Shown: positions 11,656 to 24,072, counted from the first letter of the whole stretch. The stretch: 63,741 nt of DNA, filler included, from Dirinaria sp. TL-2023a (GCA_051941275.1; 11 parts of 11 records of this genome joined end to end with filler, not necessarily neighbours in it); one strand, 5' to 3'. Notes: generated from the letters alone by a model not told the origin. A program made the numbers and translations.

Positions 11656-12532
11656 AACCCAACCCCCTCTCTCCGAAACAAACCATAATCAACAAGCAAA
11701 AATTCACCCAAGAAGAAGAAGAAACCCACCCCCTTCCATATTCAAAGCAAACCACATACCTACCTGCCCAAAAATTCTATAAACCTAGAAAACGCATTTC
11801 AACTTCGTATATATACATGCATACATCCGCCGAAGAATATGAAGAAGTCAAGAAGGGACTCCCTGAAAAGAAAAGAAAAAACTTGGCTTTAGGGGAGGCG
11901 ATTCATTGAATTCTGGCTCGAAGAGAGAGATATATATAGAGCTAGAGTTCTGGCGTTTTTGGATAGATGGATGGATGGATGGATGGATGAAGGCTGCGTT
12001 GGGGGGGGGTTCTTGTTATTTGCTGGTTTTTCTTGCTAGAGGAAGAATGTTCTATGTTGATTGATTATTGGATGTTGTGGACATCATTTATTTAGGGTTC
12101 TCTTACCCTAGAGGTTGAATGATACGAATCGAAATTTGCACCGTCACGTATTCAAGTTCCATTTTTTGAATCGGTTTGTACAAAATGCTGGGAGCGATTG
12201 CTACAGAAGCTACCCTATGTATGTCTTGATGCTAGACTATTTCTTGATAAGAAACAAGAGCATATCCTTCTGCTACATGATGCATGCCACATGTGGTAAG
12301 GTAAAAACTGTCATGCCCAGGAGGGGCTGTTAAGAAACATGGTATGTGAGGCAGTATGCCGCTGGCGACATCTAAAGGGGATAGATACATCATCCGCTGT
12401 AAAGATGGTTGGTACAGTGATGCATCATAAGGCACTACCAACAAGAATTTTTGTTTTCAGGGGTCGAGTTCGGCTTCGGTAAAAGATGCTCTTTTGCCGT
12501 AATAACATTCAGTCGCATGGTGGAGGTGTGAG

Positions 12533-13675
12533 CTATTTCTCTCCCAACCCCTGAGCTTCGAGATCGTCGTCAATATTCTGATGGTGATTGTGCACGGAGT
12601 TTTCGCTGGCTCGAGTGTCTTCCGAGTTGGTGGGGCTGCCGGGTCCATGCGGTTGACCCTGGAGAAAGGGTGTAGGGGACGACTTATTCCCACCGCTGCC
12701 GACTATTTTCTGGCGGATCTCAGCATCGAAGGTAGGCTGGGAGCGGCTGCTGATGCTTGCCGAGGCCCACAATGAGGACAAGGGCAGGAAGATAGCGACC
12801 AGTGTCATGACCAGGGAGGCCAATTCGGGAGAGTCGACGAAGTACTGGAGGATCGAGAAAAGGGCTGGTAAAATTGAGTCAGTTTTGATTCTGCACGCTT
12901 GGAAAGAGGCCTGCTGTGACTTACCGGGGATGACCAGTGTCTGGCAGCCCATGATGAAGATGATCTGCATTGGACCGAACTGTGCCAAACCCAGTTTCCT
13001 CCTCGCCTGCAGGGCAATGCCAAGTTTTGTGACGAAGATTGCGCAGAACCAACAGATACTGGCCGTGGTCGTGATGTTCGTATTGCTCGCAAGTGTCTGA
13101 ATTGGGATCATGATTTCATCTTTGAGGATACGGGCCGAATTTACCACGCATAGAGTGAAGCGGAAACCGATGGCCATGAGCGCTACGAGGATGGATACGA
13201 TGAAGAGACCGTCACGATAGGCTTTCCGAAGGGTGACGCAGACAACGCGAACTTGAAGAATCAAAGAGACTTCAACGAGTATCAGCATCAACAGACTTAG
13301 AACCGCAGCGCCGACCGAGTTTGCGTAGTCGGTTCGGCGCACTCGCGAAAAATCTTGGGCAAAGGCCGCGTAGATCTCGGACCATGGCGACGTGAAATAC
13401 ACGCACAGAAGGATGTTGCGGATGAAGTTGACACTGAGAGTCAAGGCGTTGAGGATGAAGATCAGAGAGCGTCTCTTGTCTGGCTTCGTGAGGAGGAGCA
13501 AGACGATGAGAAGAAGCAACGATGCTCCAAGCTGGGAAGCATAGGTGATGGAGCTCTTAACGTTGTAGAGCGCGGACGCATCGAGCTCCCCCATGGAAAC
13601 GTAGAATGGTGTCCCATCGCGCATGTGAAATATGACCATCTGGTTAAAAGGGTCGAAGCTCTTTGCCTTGGCCAT
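12533..13675 (-). CDS. STE2: Alpha-factor-type pheromone receptor (Ste2/PreB GPCR)
   Basis: FDPFNQ N-terminus, SQLGAS, 7 TM segments, RRKLGLAQFGPMQIIFIMGCQTLVIP and LPLSSLWA. One intron 12865-12924 (GTAAGT...CTGAC...CAG), which the ORF track reads through. Confidence 0.95.
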   Translation of the reverse strand: MAKAKSFDPFNQMVIFHMRDGTPFYVSMGELDASALYNVKSSITYASQLGASLLLLIVLLLLTKPDKRRSLIFILNALTLSVNFIRNILLCVYFTSPWSEIYAAFAQDFSRVRRTDYANSVGAAVLSLLMLILVEVSLILQVRVVCVTLRKAYRDGLFIVSILVALMAIGFRFTLCVVNSARILKDEIMIPIQTLASNTNITTTASICWFCAIFVTKLGIALQARRKLGLAQFGPMQIIFIMGCQTLVIPGKSQQASFQACRIKTDSILPALFSILQYFVDSPELASLVMTLVAIFLPLSSLWASASISSRSQPTFDAEIRQKIVGSGGNKSSPTPFLQGQPHGPGSPTNSEDTRASENSVHNHHQNIDDDLEAQGLGEK

Positions 13676-13721
13676 TGCTGCGCTTCTTCAATGAAGGAGC
13701 TGAGCTCTTGCAAATTTGAGA

Positions 13722-13840
13722 TTGGTTGATGTAATGAGTGCACACTGAGGCAGGTTTGCCAGTAAATGGATGGACAAGTGATGGAGGATATGGGCGATGA
13801 CTGAAGGCTTTCCAGCGCCGACTTGGTTGATGTAATGAGT
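13722..13840. repeat. 18-bp perfect direct repeat upstream of STE2
   Basis: TTGGTTGATGTAATGAGT at 13722-13739 and 13823-13840. Confidence 0.85.
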
Positions 13841-14459
13841 CGAAGTAAGTGGAAGATGAGAATGATGATGACAGCAATTGAGTGTAGAACCCGATCTTAA
13901 ACCGTAGACCTCGTTACCTGCTGCACCAATTTGGGCATAGGTGCAAGGTCTACGGTGAAGAAGAACAATGGTAAAGGAGTAAGCGAAGGAGAGGATGTGG
14001 AAGACCTGGGAACAATACTAAGGATTGGAGGGTAGTATTGTTTCATGCAGAACCGAGCAACCGAGGGGCAGGAAAGAACAATATCAAGAAAGTAGATGAC
14101 ATAAGGAGAGTCACCGGTTACAATGCTTTCATTTGAAGCAATAAGTGCGATGGTACACACTCGTCTGCGAGGACACGCTTCGTATCAGGTCGACTTACCG
14201 TCTCCCGACTTACCATCTCATGGCAGAGGCTTGAGTACTTACATACCAACGAGAGTGAAGACTGATACATTTCTCTTAGTATTGTTCTTCGGCCACTCAA
14301 CGGCCTTGCGCTAGTGTTGCTGCCCATATCTCACGAAAATGCTGAGAGCCGCGTGAGAAACGGCGAGGAAGAAAGATTGGCTTGTGAGGCTTGTCCGTCC
14401 AGAGAATCATGGCGAGGAGAATTGCAGCTTAGGAAGTGGGTTGAAGGGTAGATTAAAAT

Positions 14460-14489
14460 ATACATGTGATCTCCATACATGTGATCTCC
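14460..14489. repeat. 15-bp perfect tandem duplication
   Basis: ATACATGTGATCTCC twice, in the STE2/BRCT divergent intergenic region. Confidence 0.85.
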
Positions 14490-14734
14490 TCAGAACTGCC
14501 CTGGCGGTGCCAAGTGCTCGTCACGGTAACCGCTCTAGCCTCTTCTAGTCTGATGCGCCTCGCCAAAACACGCCGGACAGTCGCGTCACTCTCGGTCCGC
14601 TTGACTGTTGTAACACTAAAAGTACAGTACTTGACGGAATACAAATCCATAATCAAGCATGGAAGTAACCATGCAACGCCTTGCCCGTGCTCCCAAGCCA
14701 ATACTGTGGCAGTCCATGGGAGATTTCATGGACA

Positions 14735-16914
14735 ATGAAGCCAACACTGATTCGAGTAGTTGATGGGCGTCCGAATCACGATGGAGCTATATCAACCATT
14801 TCTCTTCCTCGTGAGGGATGTCATACATATTATATTTCCGTAGTAGACTCTCCAAGCCAGAAAACGGGCGGCGAGCCAGAGATCAAAGTGTGCGACTCGG
14901 TAGGGGAGGGTGTTGAAGAGAAGTGTACCAAGGCAGCTCTGCGTCTGTTCACCCAACCTGGATGAGCTGTGCGCCCTCTCGCATACTGACTTCGGTAGAC
15001 CTGCAACCCTGCTCTGTCGCCATATCTGCCTTCCACTCAAACGTCAGCATTAAGGGTTGGAGCTGGAATCACCATTCACCTAATAAAGAAGCCGCCTACC
15101 CTATTCCATGGGCTAGAGACGAAAAAGCCATAAAAATCCCACTCCGTCCAAATGACACAGTCTGCCTTGGCAATCTTGAGATCATTGTTGAAATAAGCAG
15201 TATTATCGATATAGAGAGTTCTCCTTATGTCGATGGCGAGGAAGCTGAAGCGGGGCCCCCACGAACCAATGGTGGCGGCGAGACAGAGGGATTAGGACCT
15301 GCGATAGGTGATACATCGCCATTGCTATCTCGGGAACGAATTGCCGTCGGTGAAACCCCTGTGGCTAGCCCCAATTGTACCGAGCAACAGAGCGAGCTTG
15401 TGAGCGAGATTGCTCAAGATGTAATGCAAGGCAAAGACGACAGTCAAGCGTGGGGTACGGACGAAAATGTACGCAGTGTGCTTCACACTATAAGGGCAGA
15501 AGGCCGGCGTACTCAACGCACAACTCCACCAGCTACGACACAACCTCCACAACATGAACCATCGGATCCGGAAGGCCAGGGGATCTTGGACACTCCATCT
15601 AAGCCCTCACGTCCGCCTGGGAACAATCAGCGTCTCGAGGGCCCTGGGGCCGAACGCGAGAGTGATCACGCAGAAGCGAATGTCGCTCCCGACTGTCTAG
15701 ATGATGCAACCACAGAGTCTGAGTCTGTCCATGATGATACACAAACAAGGAATACTGCAGACGCAGATATGTTGATATCCGCTGCCAGCTCAAGGGAAAG
15801 GAGTTCCAGCCCAGCCGAGCTAATTAGCTTGTCTGAAGTCCTGACGGCGTCGAAAGCCAACATGGAGAACACAACTATTGGTACCACGCCATGCTACCTT
15901 CAGAAAGGATCGAAAAGGGCTAAGATTCTGGAGACCACGACAGAGGAGAGCCAGGATAGTATGCAGGGTGCGGTGGTGGTAGAACGGCGTTCCAGTCCTT
16001 CCGAGGCAAAAACGAAGAATGAGCCAGAAAGCTCAACGGTACGGACTCCGTCGTCAGGAACGCACCTCGAGAAGCCATCAAGCGTGACTCGTCTTTCCGA
16101 GCGTCTATCGTCTTCATTCAAAAGTTCGAAATCGCTAGCTCGGGATGATTCAACAGAGCCATCGTCATCACAGAGAAGTATGAGGTCCAGAGACCATCCA
16201 ATGCCGAGCGGATCGCCATCCCCGTCTGCGGCCATGCGAATCGTATTCGCTAGCTCGACTACAGTGGACAAATCAAAGACCTTCATGAAGTTCCCTACCC
16301 GCAACGGTGTACAGCAGGTGACTTCAGTGGCCGGCTCGGATGTTCTCTGTGTAGGGAAAACCGCGGAGCTAAAGCGAACCGCGAACCTGATCTCGGCCGT
16401 CGCCCTTGGGAAAGACATCATCACTGACAACTGGGTCAGCGACTGCGCGAAACAAGGCAAGCTACTCGATCTAGCTGACTATCGAGCGAAAGATCCGCCC
16501 AGAGAAGCGGAATGGAGAACCACGTTGAGCGACGCCATTGATCGCAGTAGACAAGGCGTCAAACCTTTGTCAGACTATCTGATACACTTCACGCCCAACG
16601 CGAAAGCGAATCTCGGCAAGGGTTTTGTGGAATTGAAGGACATTTGCATGCAAGCTGGAGCCAAATCCGTGAAGACCTCTGTTCCTGGAGAGAAGAGCCC
16701 TTCTGATCCACCCACTTCCATCGTCATCGCTGTCGAGGGCGATAAAGACCTGGAAAAGCTACATGCGAATGGCTGGCGGGCTTATAGCAAAGATCTCATC
16801 ACATTCGGGGTCTTGCGAGGTCATTTAGACCTCGACAGCGACGACTTCGTAGTCATAGTGCAGAAGAACCCGGGATCTTCAACTGCGAAGAGTAATAAGA
16901 AAAGAAAGCGGTGA
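14735..16914 (+). CDS. Tandem BRCT-domain nuclear protein with possible N-terminal FHA-like domain (MDC1/Mdb1-like architecture)
   Basis: BRCT motifs LKRTANLISAVALGKDIITDNWV and LKDICMQAGA, long S/T/E-rich linker, IPLRPNDTVCLGN (FHA-like end), C-terminal KKRKR. Probable first exon from ATG 14735, spliced to the acceptor at 14998 (ACTGAC...TAG). Donor site uncertain. Confidence 0.75.
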
Positions 16915-17370
16915 TGAGGGAGAGAGCAACTGGAAGAGTGGGTGGTGGTATCACATGCTTTGCAGGTGTTTTGCTTTGATTTGACTCATATGATACCCCC
17001 CCTCCCGGATCGCTCACATCGTGTGTACGCTAGAGCGAACTAAGATAACTTTAGCTTCTGCTGGTTTAAAAAGAAAAGAGATATCACCTTGCCAAACCTG
17101 CTCTCCTTTCTCTCTCTAGCTCCCCTATATCCATAGGGTACTATTCTATTCTCATAAAATCATACGCAGCCGCGCCGCAACATCTTGATCTATCTATCAT
17201 AAATCCATCTAAATCCTCCCCCTTTATCACAATTATCCCAAATAATCTCCCTCCCTCTCCATCACTTTCCCTTTTCCTCAAATGCAATAAAATAAAAATC
17301 CTTCCTCCCTAGCTACCTACCTACTTTTCTTACCCCCAATCCCAGCCGTCTTATTAACAATCAATCATAC

Positions 17371-17470
17371 NNNNNNNNNNNNNNNNNNNNNNNNNNNNNN
17401 NNNNNNNNNNNNNNTTAATTAATTAANNNNNNNNNNNNNNNNNNNNNNNNNNNNNNNNNNNNNNNNNNNN
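17371..17470. other. Artificial 100-nt contig spacer
   Basis: Same linker. Confidence 0.99.
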
Positions 17471-17699
17471 GGAAGGTGGTTGAACCCAACCTCTATTAGA
17501 CTTGTTTTGATTTTTCCTATAATTATTATGAGATATCTAACCAAGGTTCCTTGCGCTTTCAATCATTACCTTTCCCAGCCTCCCATTTGTCGTCCCTAAT
17601 ATTAAAAAACGCCCCTCCTTATCAATGCTCTCCGCTATGCCAAGAACGAAAAGTAGAAAGCTGTGGATTTAGGTAAAGTAGGTGGGAATAGTCGTAGAA

Positions 17700-18778
17700 T
17701 TATAGGTTGAGCCCCTCGTACGTCGACTTCCGATTCAGCGGTTGGTGATACATGCTGCTGGCATACTCGCTGGCTCCATCCTGGTACATCGTGGCCCGCT
17801 TGTCCTCCTCGGGCAACAGCTCCTTGACTTCCCAATTGCCCTGTTTGGTGCCGACACTGAACTCCAGGTCCTCCTTCGTGATCGAGTCCCAATACTTGTA
17901 CACCATCATGACCGCGAGCAGGTTGCAGATCGTGGCGAAGAACAGGCCGTCGAGATAATGCTGGGCGCTTTCGCAGATCTTGGCGCTGAAGACGTACAGG
18001 ATCACTTGCCCTATGACAAAGAAGAACACCCCGAATGCGATGTCCCCAAGCGGCCAGCGGTCTTGCAGCGTGTTGGCGACCAGGATGATCTGCATGACCA
18101 CGTAGATGAGAAGACAGATCCCGTTGAGCAGGTATACCACCACGAACAACCCCACAGTGTTTGTAGGTCCAAGCCCGGCCTTTCCTTTGAATGTCAGGAT
18201 GGATACGGCGCCGGAAAGAAAGAACATGCCGACTGAGCAGCCACGAAGCAGCCAGACCGATTGACGTGTGCCATCTTCGTAGAGCTGGAAGCCGACAAAG
18301 CCATTGATTAGGAGGCAGGTGCATAGCGCCGACGTGAAGCCGTTCTGCACGGCGGTGAAGTAGGGGTAGGCGCCAGAACCAGGAGGGATCACGCCCGCGT
18401 CCAGGATTAGGGAGGTCATGGTCAGAAGCATGTAGATGTAGAAAAACGTAGTGATTTCTTTGCGACCTATTTATAGAACACGGTTGAATGTCAGCGCTGC
18501 TCGCCATAGGATGTCAGTGTGAGTCCTTGAGGTGCCGTACCGACAGCAGTAAACTTGGAGCGGACATGTAGGATCATGATAGCTGCCATTCCGAGAGCAA
18601 GGATATGCATGAAGTCCGTGGCGGCTTCGAAGATGATGGTGTTGGCCAACTCAACGCTGCGGGCGTAGCAGTTTGCCTGTATACCTGCATAGCCTGATAT
18701 CGGCGAAGCAGGCCCCACGATAGAGCACAGTGGGAGAGCGCTCTGGTGGCATATTGATTCGAAATCGCCGAAACCCAT
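17700..18778 (-). CDS. CHS7: Chitin synthase export chaperone
   Basis: MGFGDFESIC, CYARSVELANTIIF, KFTAVG/RKEI across intron 18467-18540, GFQLYEDGT, VYKYWDSITKEDLEFSVG. Confidence 0.95.
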
Positions 18779-20626
18779 GGCGAAGAGGCCCCTGGGCGCC
18801 GCGCTGATCAGACGAGAGCAGCTTGAGGATGACTAGGGGGGCGAGAGGACGTGCAGCCGGTGTGAGTAGGCAGAGTCAGGATTTGCTGGGGAAAGAAAAA
18901 AGAACGAGCGTATTCAAGGATTGTAGATGCGCGGTTGCAAGCTGAGTGGTAGAGGATGAGTTGCTCACGTACGAGTACAGTACATTATGTGTTGATCGAT
19001 GCATTGTCACTTGTCACTCGCTTCTTAGGCTCTCAGGCTCCCAAAATGCGAGCTAGTGCCAAAAGTGGCTAAGGTGGCTAAGCGAGCAGTTTCCGGAGAA
19101 ACAGTCTCGCCTGAAGGTGAGCCCTAAACCCTGAAACCCCCGAATTTGATTTTCTTGAAAAAGGGGTATTGATCATACCTTATCGATCCTTCAGCCTCCT
19201 TCCCACTTCTTCGGTCCTTCTGGAAGCAAACAAGTACTAGTCAGTCTTCATTTGGGGCACCACAACGACGGGTGTTTCCTTCGATCTGACCCGATTTGGG
19301 TCGCTGCATGATCTGATTGTGCCCGATAATTGGGGGTTCAACCCCACGAAATGTCATTCGAGGCGAGCCATATGCGACATGCGACGCCAAAAATGAGACC
19401 CGTTTCTAGTTGGTGCCAGCGCAAGGCTTGCCCTTGCCCTTCAAGCTCGAGCGGACCGTTGACTACGTGCATGCCAACTTTTCGGGCCACGCTTTGAAGT
19501 CCTCCGGAAATTCCAGGGACCCACACCACGACAGCATCTCACAGCTTTGGGGGCGACAGATCTCGATATACTTCAATTGCAGTTGCGTAATGCGTCTCTG
19601 ACAGCATGCGCCTTGGTTCATAGCGGCATATCACAGTGCATTCGCCACCGTGGAGTCGCCGAAGACTGAAAGTTTAGTCGCTCGGTCGACCGTCAGGCTT
19701 GCCTCACCGCAAAATCATGGATTTTCTTTGCTAGCTTGCAACAAAACGGCTGGAAGTGCGTTTCGTGTCACATGGTCGTGCCTGGATGAGGAGGCCGGTG
19801 CGGTCTTGGGAAGCTCAACTTTGACTTTCTGCCATGCCGGATTGGGGATGGGCTCGTAGTGTTCCCGTCCGCGCATATCATGGATTCATGGGTGCCAACG
19901 CTGGCCCCAGAGCGCCCGTACCAGTACGTACTCTGCAAGCAATTCTCAAGCGATTTCAACCTCGTGCTCGGTCATCAAACGGTCGACTGGTCAGGCAAAG
20001 ATTGGCGAAGGTGACCCCCATGCTAACTTGTACCGAGCACAGCGTCATCAGGAGCCAGTGATGTGATCTCCTTTTTTCTCTCCTATGTTAAGCGATGCAG
20101 TGATCAAGCTTTTTCTCATACCAACATCTCTTCTTCCGCGCCAATTCGGCATGGCGAAAAAGATCCATGGCGAAAAAGGCCTCTGATGCCTAATAAGCTG
20201 TCAACAGTGCATTGGGTCAGCAGCGGTACAGTAAGCCCGGTTAAGCACAAACATCCCAGCGCGGAGCGTCGTAGAGCTTTGAAAGTGCTTTGACCGCCTA
20301 ACCATCGTCACTCAAGGGGTTCTTCAGCACACAGACCGTTGGTGCCGTCTGGGGTACTATCAGATATGCTCCACGCCAGGCCTAATCACCCCTCGTCTAT
20401 CATATAATCTTCCAGCGCGAATAGCGCTAACCCGCTCACCTGTGTTGGCTCTGGCCTCTAAACGTCAAATATGGCCATGACATGGGCACACTTGTTCTTG
20501 CCCTACTCCACGCTGCCACTATCTTTTCAGACACGGCATCGCTTCCCCTGACCGTGATTATCCACTTTGGCATGGCCGCAGAAAAGGGATGTATGCCAAT
20601 GCAAGGGGGATCGGACGCGTTTGCAA

Positions 20627-20797
20627 TATAAAAAGACATCAATCAGGCAGCGCACCAGACCCTATAACTACTGGCCAAGGTCGTCACTCAGACAGCAGCG
20701 TAGAACACCTCTCGCACCCATCTCGTACACTTCGACGTAAGCAGACAACCATCATCACAATCAGGCTCCAGCAGTCTGGTGCTAACAGAGACCACAG
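20627..20797 (+). promoter_or_regulatory. TATA box and putative 5'UTR intron of the microprotein gene
   Basis: TATAAAAA at 20627-20634; GTAAGC donor at 20737, GCTAAC branch at 20781, CAG acceptor at 20795-20797. Confidence 0.6.
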
Positions 20798-20851
20798 CTC
20801 TCACCGCCCAACCATTCGCGATCCATTGCGCCCATCACCCAATACGCCGCC

Positions 20852-21013
20852 ATGTGTAATTATGTCAAAAACTTCTACGTCTTCCCCAACTGCACCGATC
20901 GTGGCCTGCATTTCTTCAGGACGGATATGGACGGCAGCAGCCAGGTTCGGTGCAAGACCGCTCCGCACGAGCGCTATATCGTGGTTGCGGGAACATGCCC
21001 GTATTGTCGATGA
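20852..21013 (+). CDS. 53-aa Cys/His-rich microprotein (putative zinc-binding), absent from the ORF track
   Basis: MCNYVKNFYVFPNCTDRGLHFFRTDMDGSSQVRCKTAPHERYIVVAGTCPYCR*. GCCGCCATG Kozak context, tandem TGA TAG stops, upstream TATA box and UTR intron. Confidence 0.75.
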   Translation: MCNYVKNFYVFPNCTDRGLHFFRTDMDGSSQVRCKTAPHERYIVVAGTCPYCR

Positions 21014-23184
21014 TAGTCGGATGTCTTGCGCAGGCCAATTGTCTGGCAACGCACAGATGCAACAGCGCGCCTCTCAGTGTACGATTCGATTCAGGCCTGT
21101 GATCCCTTGGAGTTGGATGCCAAGAGAGATAACTCAACGTCCCCAAGGAGGAGCCAACGTCACATCGGCTTGCCACGTGCACACCGTCCCGCATACTTCC
21201 CTGGAGTCCGAGCTTAAGCCTTGCAGAAGATGGAGGACGACCGTCGGATTGGGAATCGACTACTCGAGGCAAGCTCGGCAAGCCGCTTTTTCCTGGCCGC
21301 TAAACGACTCCCACCCCAAGGAGGAAACCGCTTCGGGGGATGACGTGCATTTTGCAGGAGTGCAGGACGCAAACTGCACTGTGACTCACTTTTTGAGCCA
21401 GCTACCGAACCAGAGGGAATTAATCGAAACGGGGGAGTCTGGGACGGAGGCCGGAAATTATTGGTTGCTCTAATGCTTCTTCCTCCTTGCTCGGCCTCCA
21501 CGCTTGGACTTTAAGCGCTCTATTCAGCGGTCGTGATGTAACTTTATGTAGCTTCTGGGTTTGATTTGAAGACACTGGAACTGACAGATACCCCCACACT
21601 GCACCCCCCCACATTAGCGTTGCGCTCAGGTTTTAGCTGGGCTTGCCACGTTTCATATCATCTGAAGATCCTCGGCAGTATTTACTACAGTACGGAGTAC
21701 TACTACTATAATTGATATTGCTTTTCATCTTCAAAAAACCTTACTTCAATGTCCCCACCATGCGTACGTATATGATTACCACAAGTACGGGGGAAGGTCG
21801 CTGTAACAAAACGTCCGTGCAATACTGACAAAGCATTCTTTGCTGCTCGAAGCACTGCTTGCTTGCTTTACAAATCTATGAATTTTTGCAGATCTGGTCA
21901 AGTACCTTAGTATCATAGTATGTGTAGTAGTCACACCGCCTTGCGACATTCTTAGCTTCACTGGTCCGTCTTTGCCTCTACTTTAGCATCCGCTACCCCG
22001 TTATTCCTTGGTTGCCCATCTATCTTTTCCTAGATTCTCATTAGAAAAAAACGTGGTCAACTAGGGAGGGATCAACGGAGATTGCCCCGCTGATCATCGA
22101 TACTAAGGTAGTAAGTACTTGTACTTGGAAAGGGGGGTTGTTAGTAGAGAGGCTGCTGCTGTTCATCTGTCCGTCCCTCGATTAACCATGAAATGCCTTT
22201 TTTTTTTTTTTTTTTTCAAAGCTTCCCACTACAAAGGTTGCTAAAGCCTGATTTAACCGACAGTAGTACCTAGGTATGTATCAGAATACAAACTATAAAG
22301 CGCAGGGGACATGGATAATCCACATGCGAGACGGGTCATGGAAGCCGCGCGAGGCGAATACGATTAGGAAAGCAGCAACACTACTTACTCCATGGACAGT
22401 GAGCATATCCCGTCTGCGCACCTGGTTTCTCTGAACCTCATACCATTAGAGGAGATCGAATTCCATGCACCGCAAAACTACTTTTGCTTTATCTCTCTTT
22501 TTTTTTTTTTTTTTTTTTTTTTTCCCTCCTTCCTCTCTCTTTTCAAAATGTGTACAGTCATACTCACGATACTCTACCCTTACAATCCTCTCCACCCAGA
22601 ACAAAAGCCCAACTCCCCAAAAAGAAAAAGAGAAAAAAAAAAAGGAAACCTCCACACCCTTTCGAACCAAAAAAAAGCAGACTAGAAATTCCGCACCATT
22701 TTAATTCCTTCTCCTGGCGCTCCTTTTTCCCCTTTTCTTTGCTAAGGTAGGTATTCTTTTTTTTTCTTACATTCCCCATCATGCACACACACGCAGCATC
22801 TTCCTCCCTTGCCATCTGCCTCTCTGAATCAAAATCAAAAATCAGAAATCGTGGTATTTTGTAGAAGCCCCTCCCATCCCCTCCAAAAAAAAAAAAAAAA
22901 AAAAAAGCGCAGCTTTGCAAAAGTGTCTTCTGTCTTTCTTCTATATATCTCCACATCACGGGTACTAAAGAAAAACCACTCCCCAAAAATGAATTAGAAT
23001 GAAAGGGCTTAGACAAGCATTGATTTTTGAGAGAAAGAACCCCCACCTCTCCTCCTTCCGAAGCTACATTCTTCAGAAAAATTCCTTCCTTTTTTTTCCC
23101 CCCACGCACCGGCACGACTTTTTACGACAGATATATTTTTTCTGTATCCCCTTCCCCCCTCTTATATCTACTGTATAGTAACAT

Positions 23185-23284
23185 NNNNNNNNNNNNNNNN
23201 NNNNNNNNNNNNNNNNNNNNNNNNNNNNTTAATTAATTAANNNNNNNNNNNNNNNNNNNNNNNNNNNNNNNNNNNNNNNNNNNN
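23185..23284. other. Artificial 100-nt contig spacer
   Basis: Same linker. Confidence 0.99.
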
Positions 23285-24072
23285 GGGGGGGGGGGGTCAT
23301 CCGGTACCATGTTAGACGATGGGGGTCTCGTGGGGTATTCCCAGAAGGCTTCACACTTGAGCAAGCCCGGTCTGGGAACACGAGGCAGCCGCCAGTCATT
23401 CGGCGGTTGCCAGATACGGTTCCCCAATCATATATTCTCCTTACGCTATCCCTGTCCCAGTAGCTGCCTTAGACTGGGTCAGTCGCAGGATCGGCCGGAC
23501 GAGCTGACATGCAGGCCGTCTGCACTTGCCTGCACGTGCTGCAGACTGGCTGGATCGCTTACAATATCCTTGACCTCCTTGCTTCCCCCCCGGCATCCTC
23601 CTCGCTGACTCAATACGACCGCGAAGCTGGTGGGCTCAACTGGGCTGGTGCCCTCTCGTTCCTGCAACATGTTTGATGGCCGCCCCTACCTCCCTCTATC
23701 ACCACTCGTTGCCGTAAATACCACGAAAACGAAATGAGCGGATCACGCGCCAACCAGAGGCGCATTCGGCCCTTCCAGAGCCGTAATTTGCACTGCATCT
23801 CGCCTTGGAGCTGGCCACCCCAGCCCGCCCCGCATGGGTTCATTCTCAGGCTCGATGACCTCGTATCGCCCAGGATCTCCGCAGACCGTGCGGTTGGTAG
23901 AAGCTAAACAAAGCTAAGCTTTCCTTCGTCTAAGCTTCCATTTGTAAATCTCCAAGGAAAAACTTATAAGATGGCCGCGCTCCTCTCTTTGGCTTCTCCT
24001 GGCCCTATAAGCTACGGCTGTCATTAATATACACACCACATTCGTTTAGCCTCTCGTTGAAACAGCACGATC

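Noticed and set aside
19410..19601. Short ORF ending CSCVMRL as a CaaX pheromone precursor
   Set aside because: Non-ATG start, and the Cys is not fourth from the C-terminus.
20589..21473. 294-aa + strand ORF
   Set aside because: It starts upstream of the TATA box, runs through the UTR intron and has an R/S/T-rich shadow composition with no motif. The nested 53-aa frame has far better gene signals.
22392..23236. Phe/Lys-rich ORFs
   Set aside because: Translations of poly-T/poly-A low-complexity tracts at a contig end.
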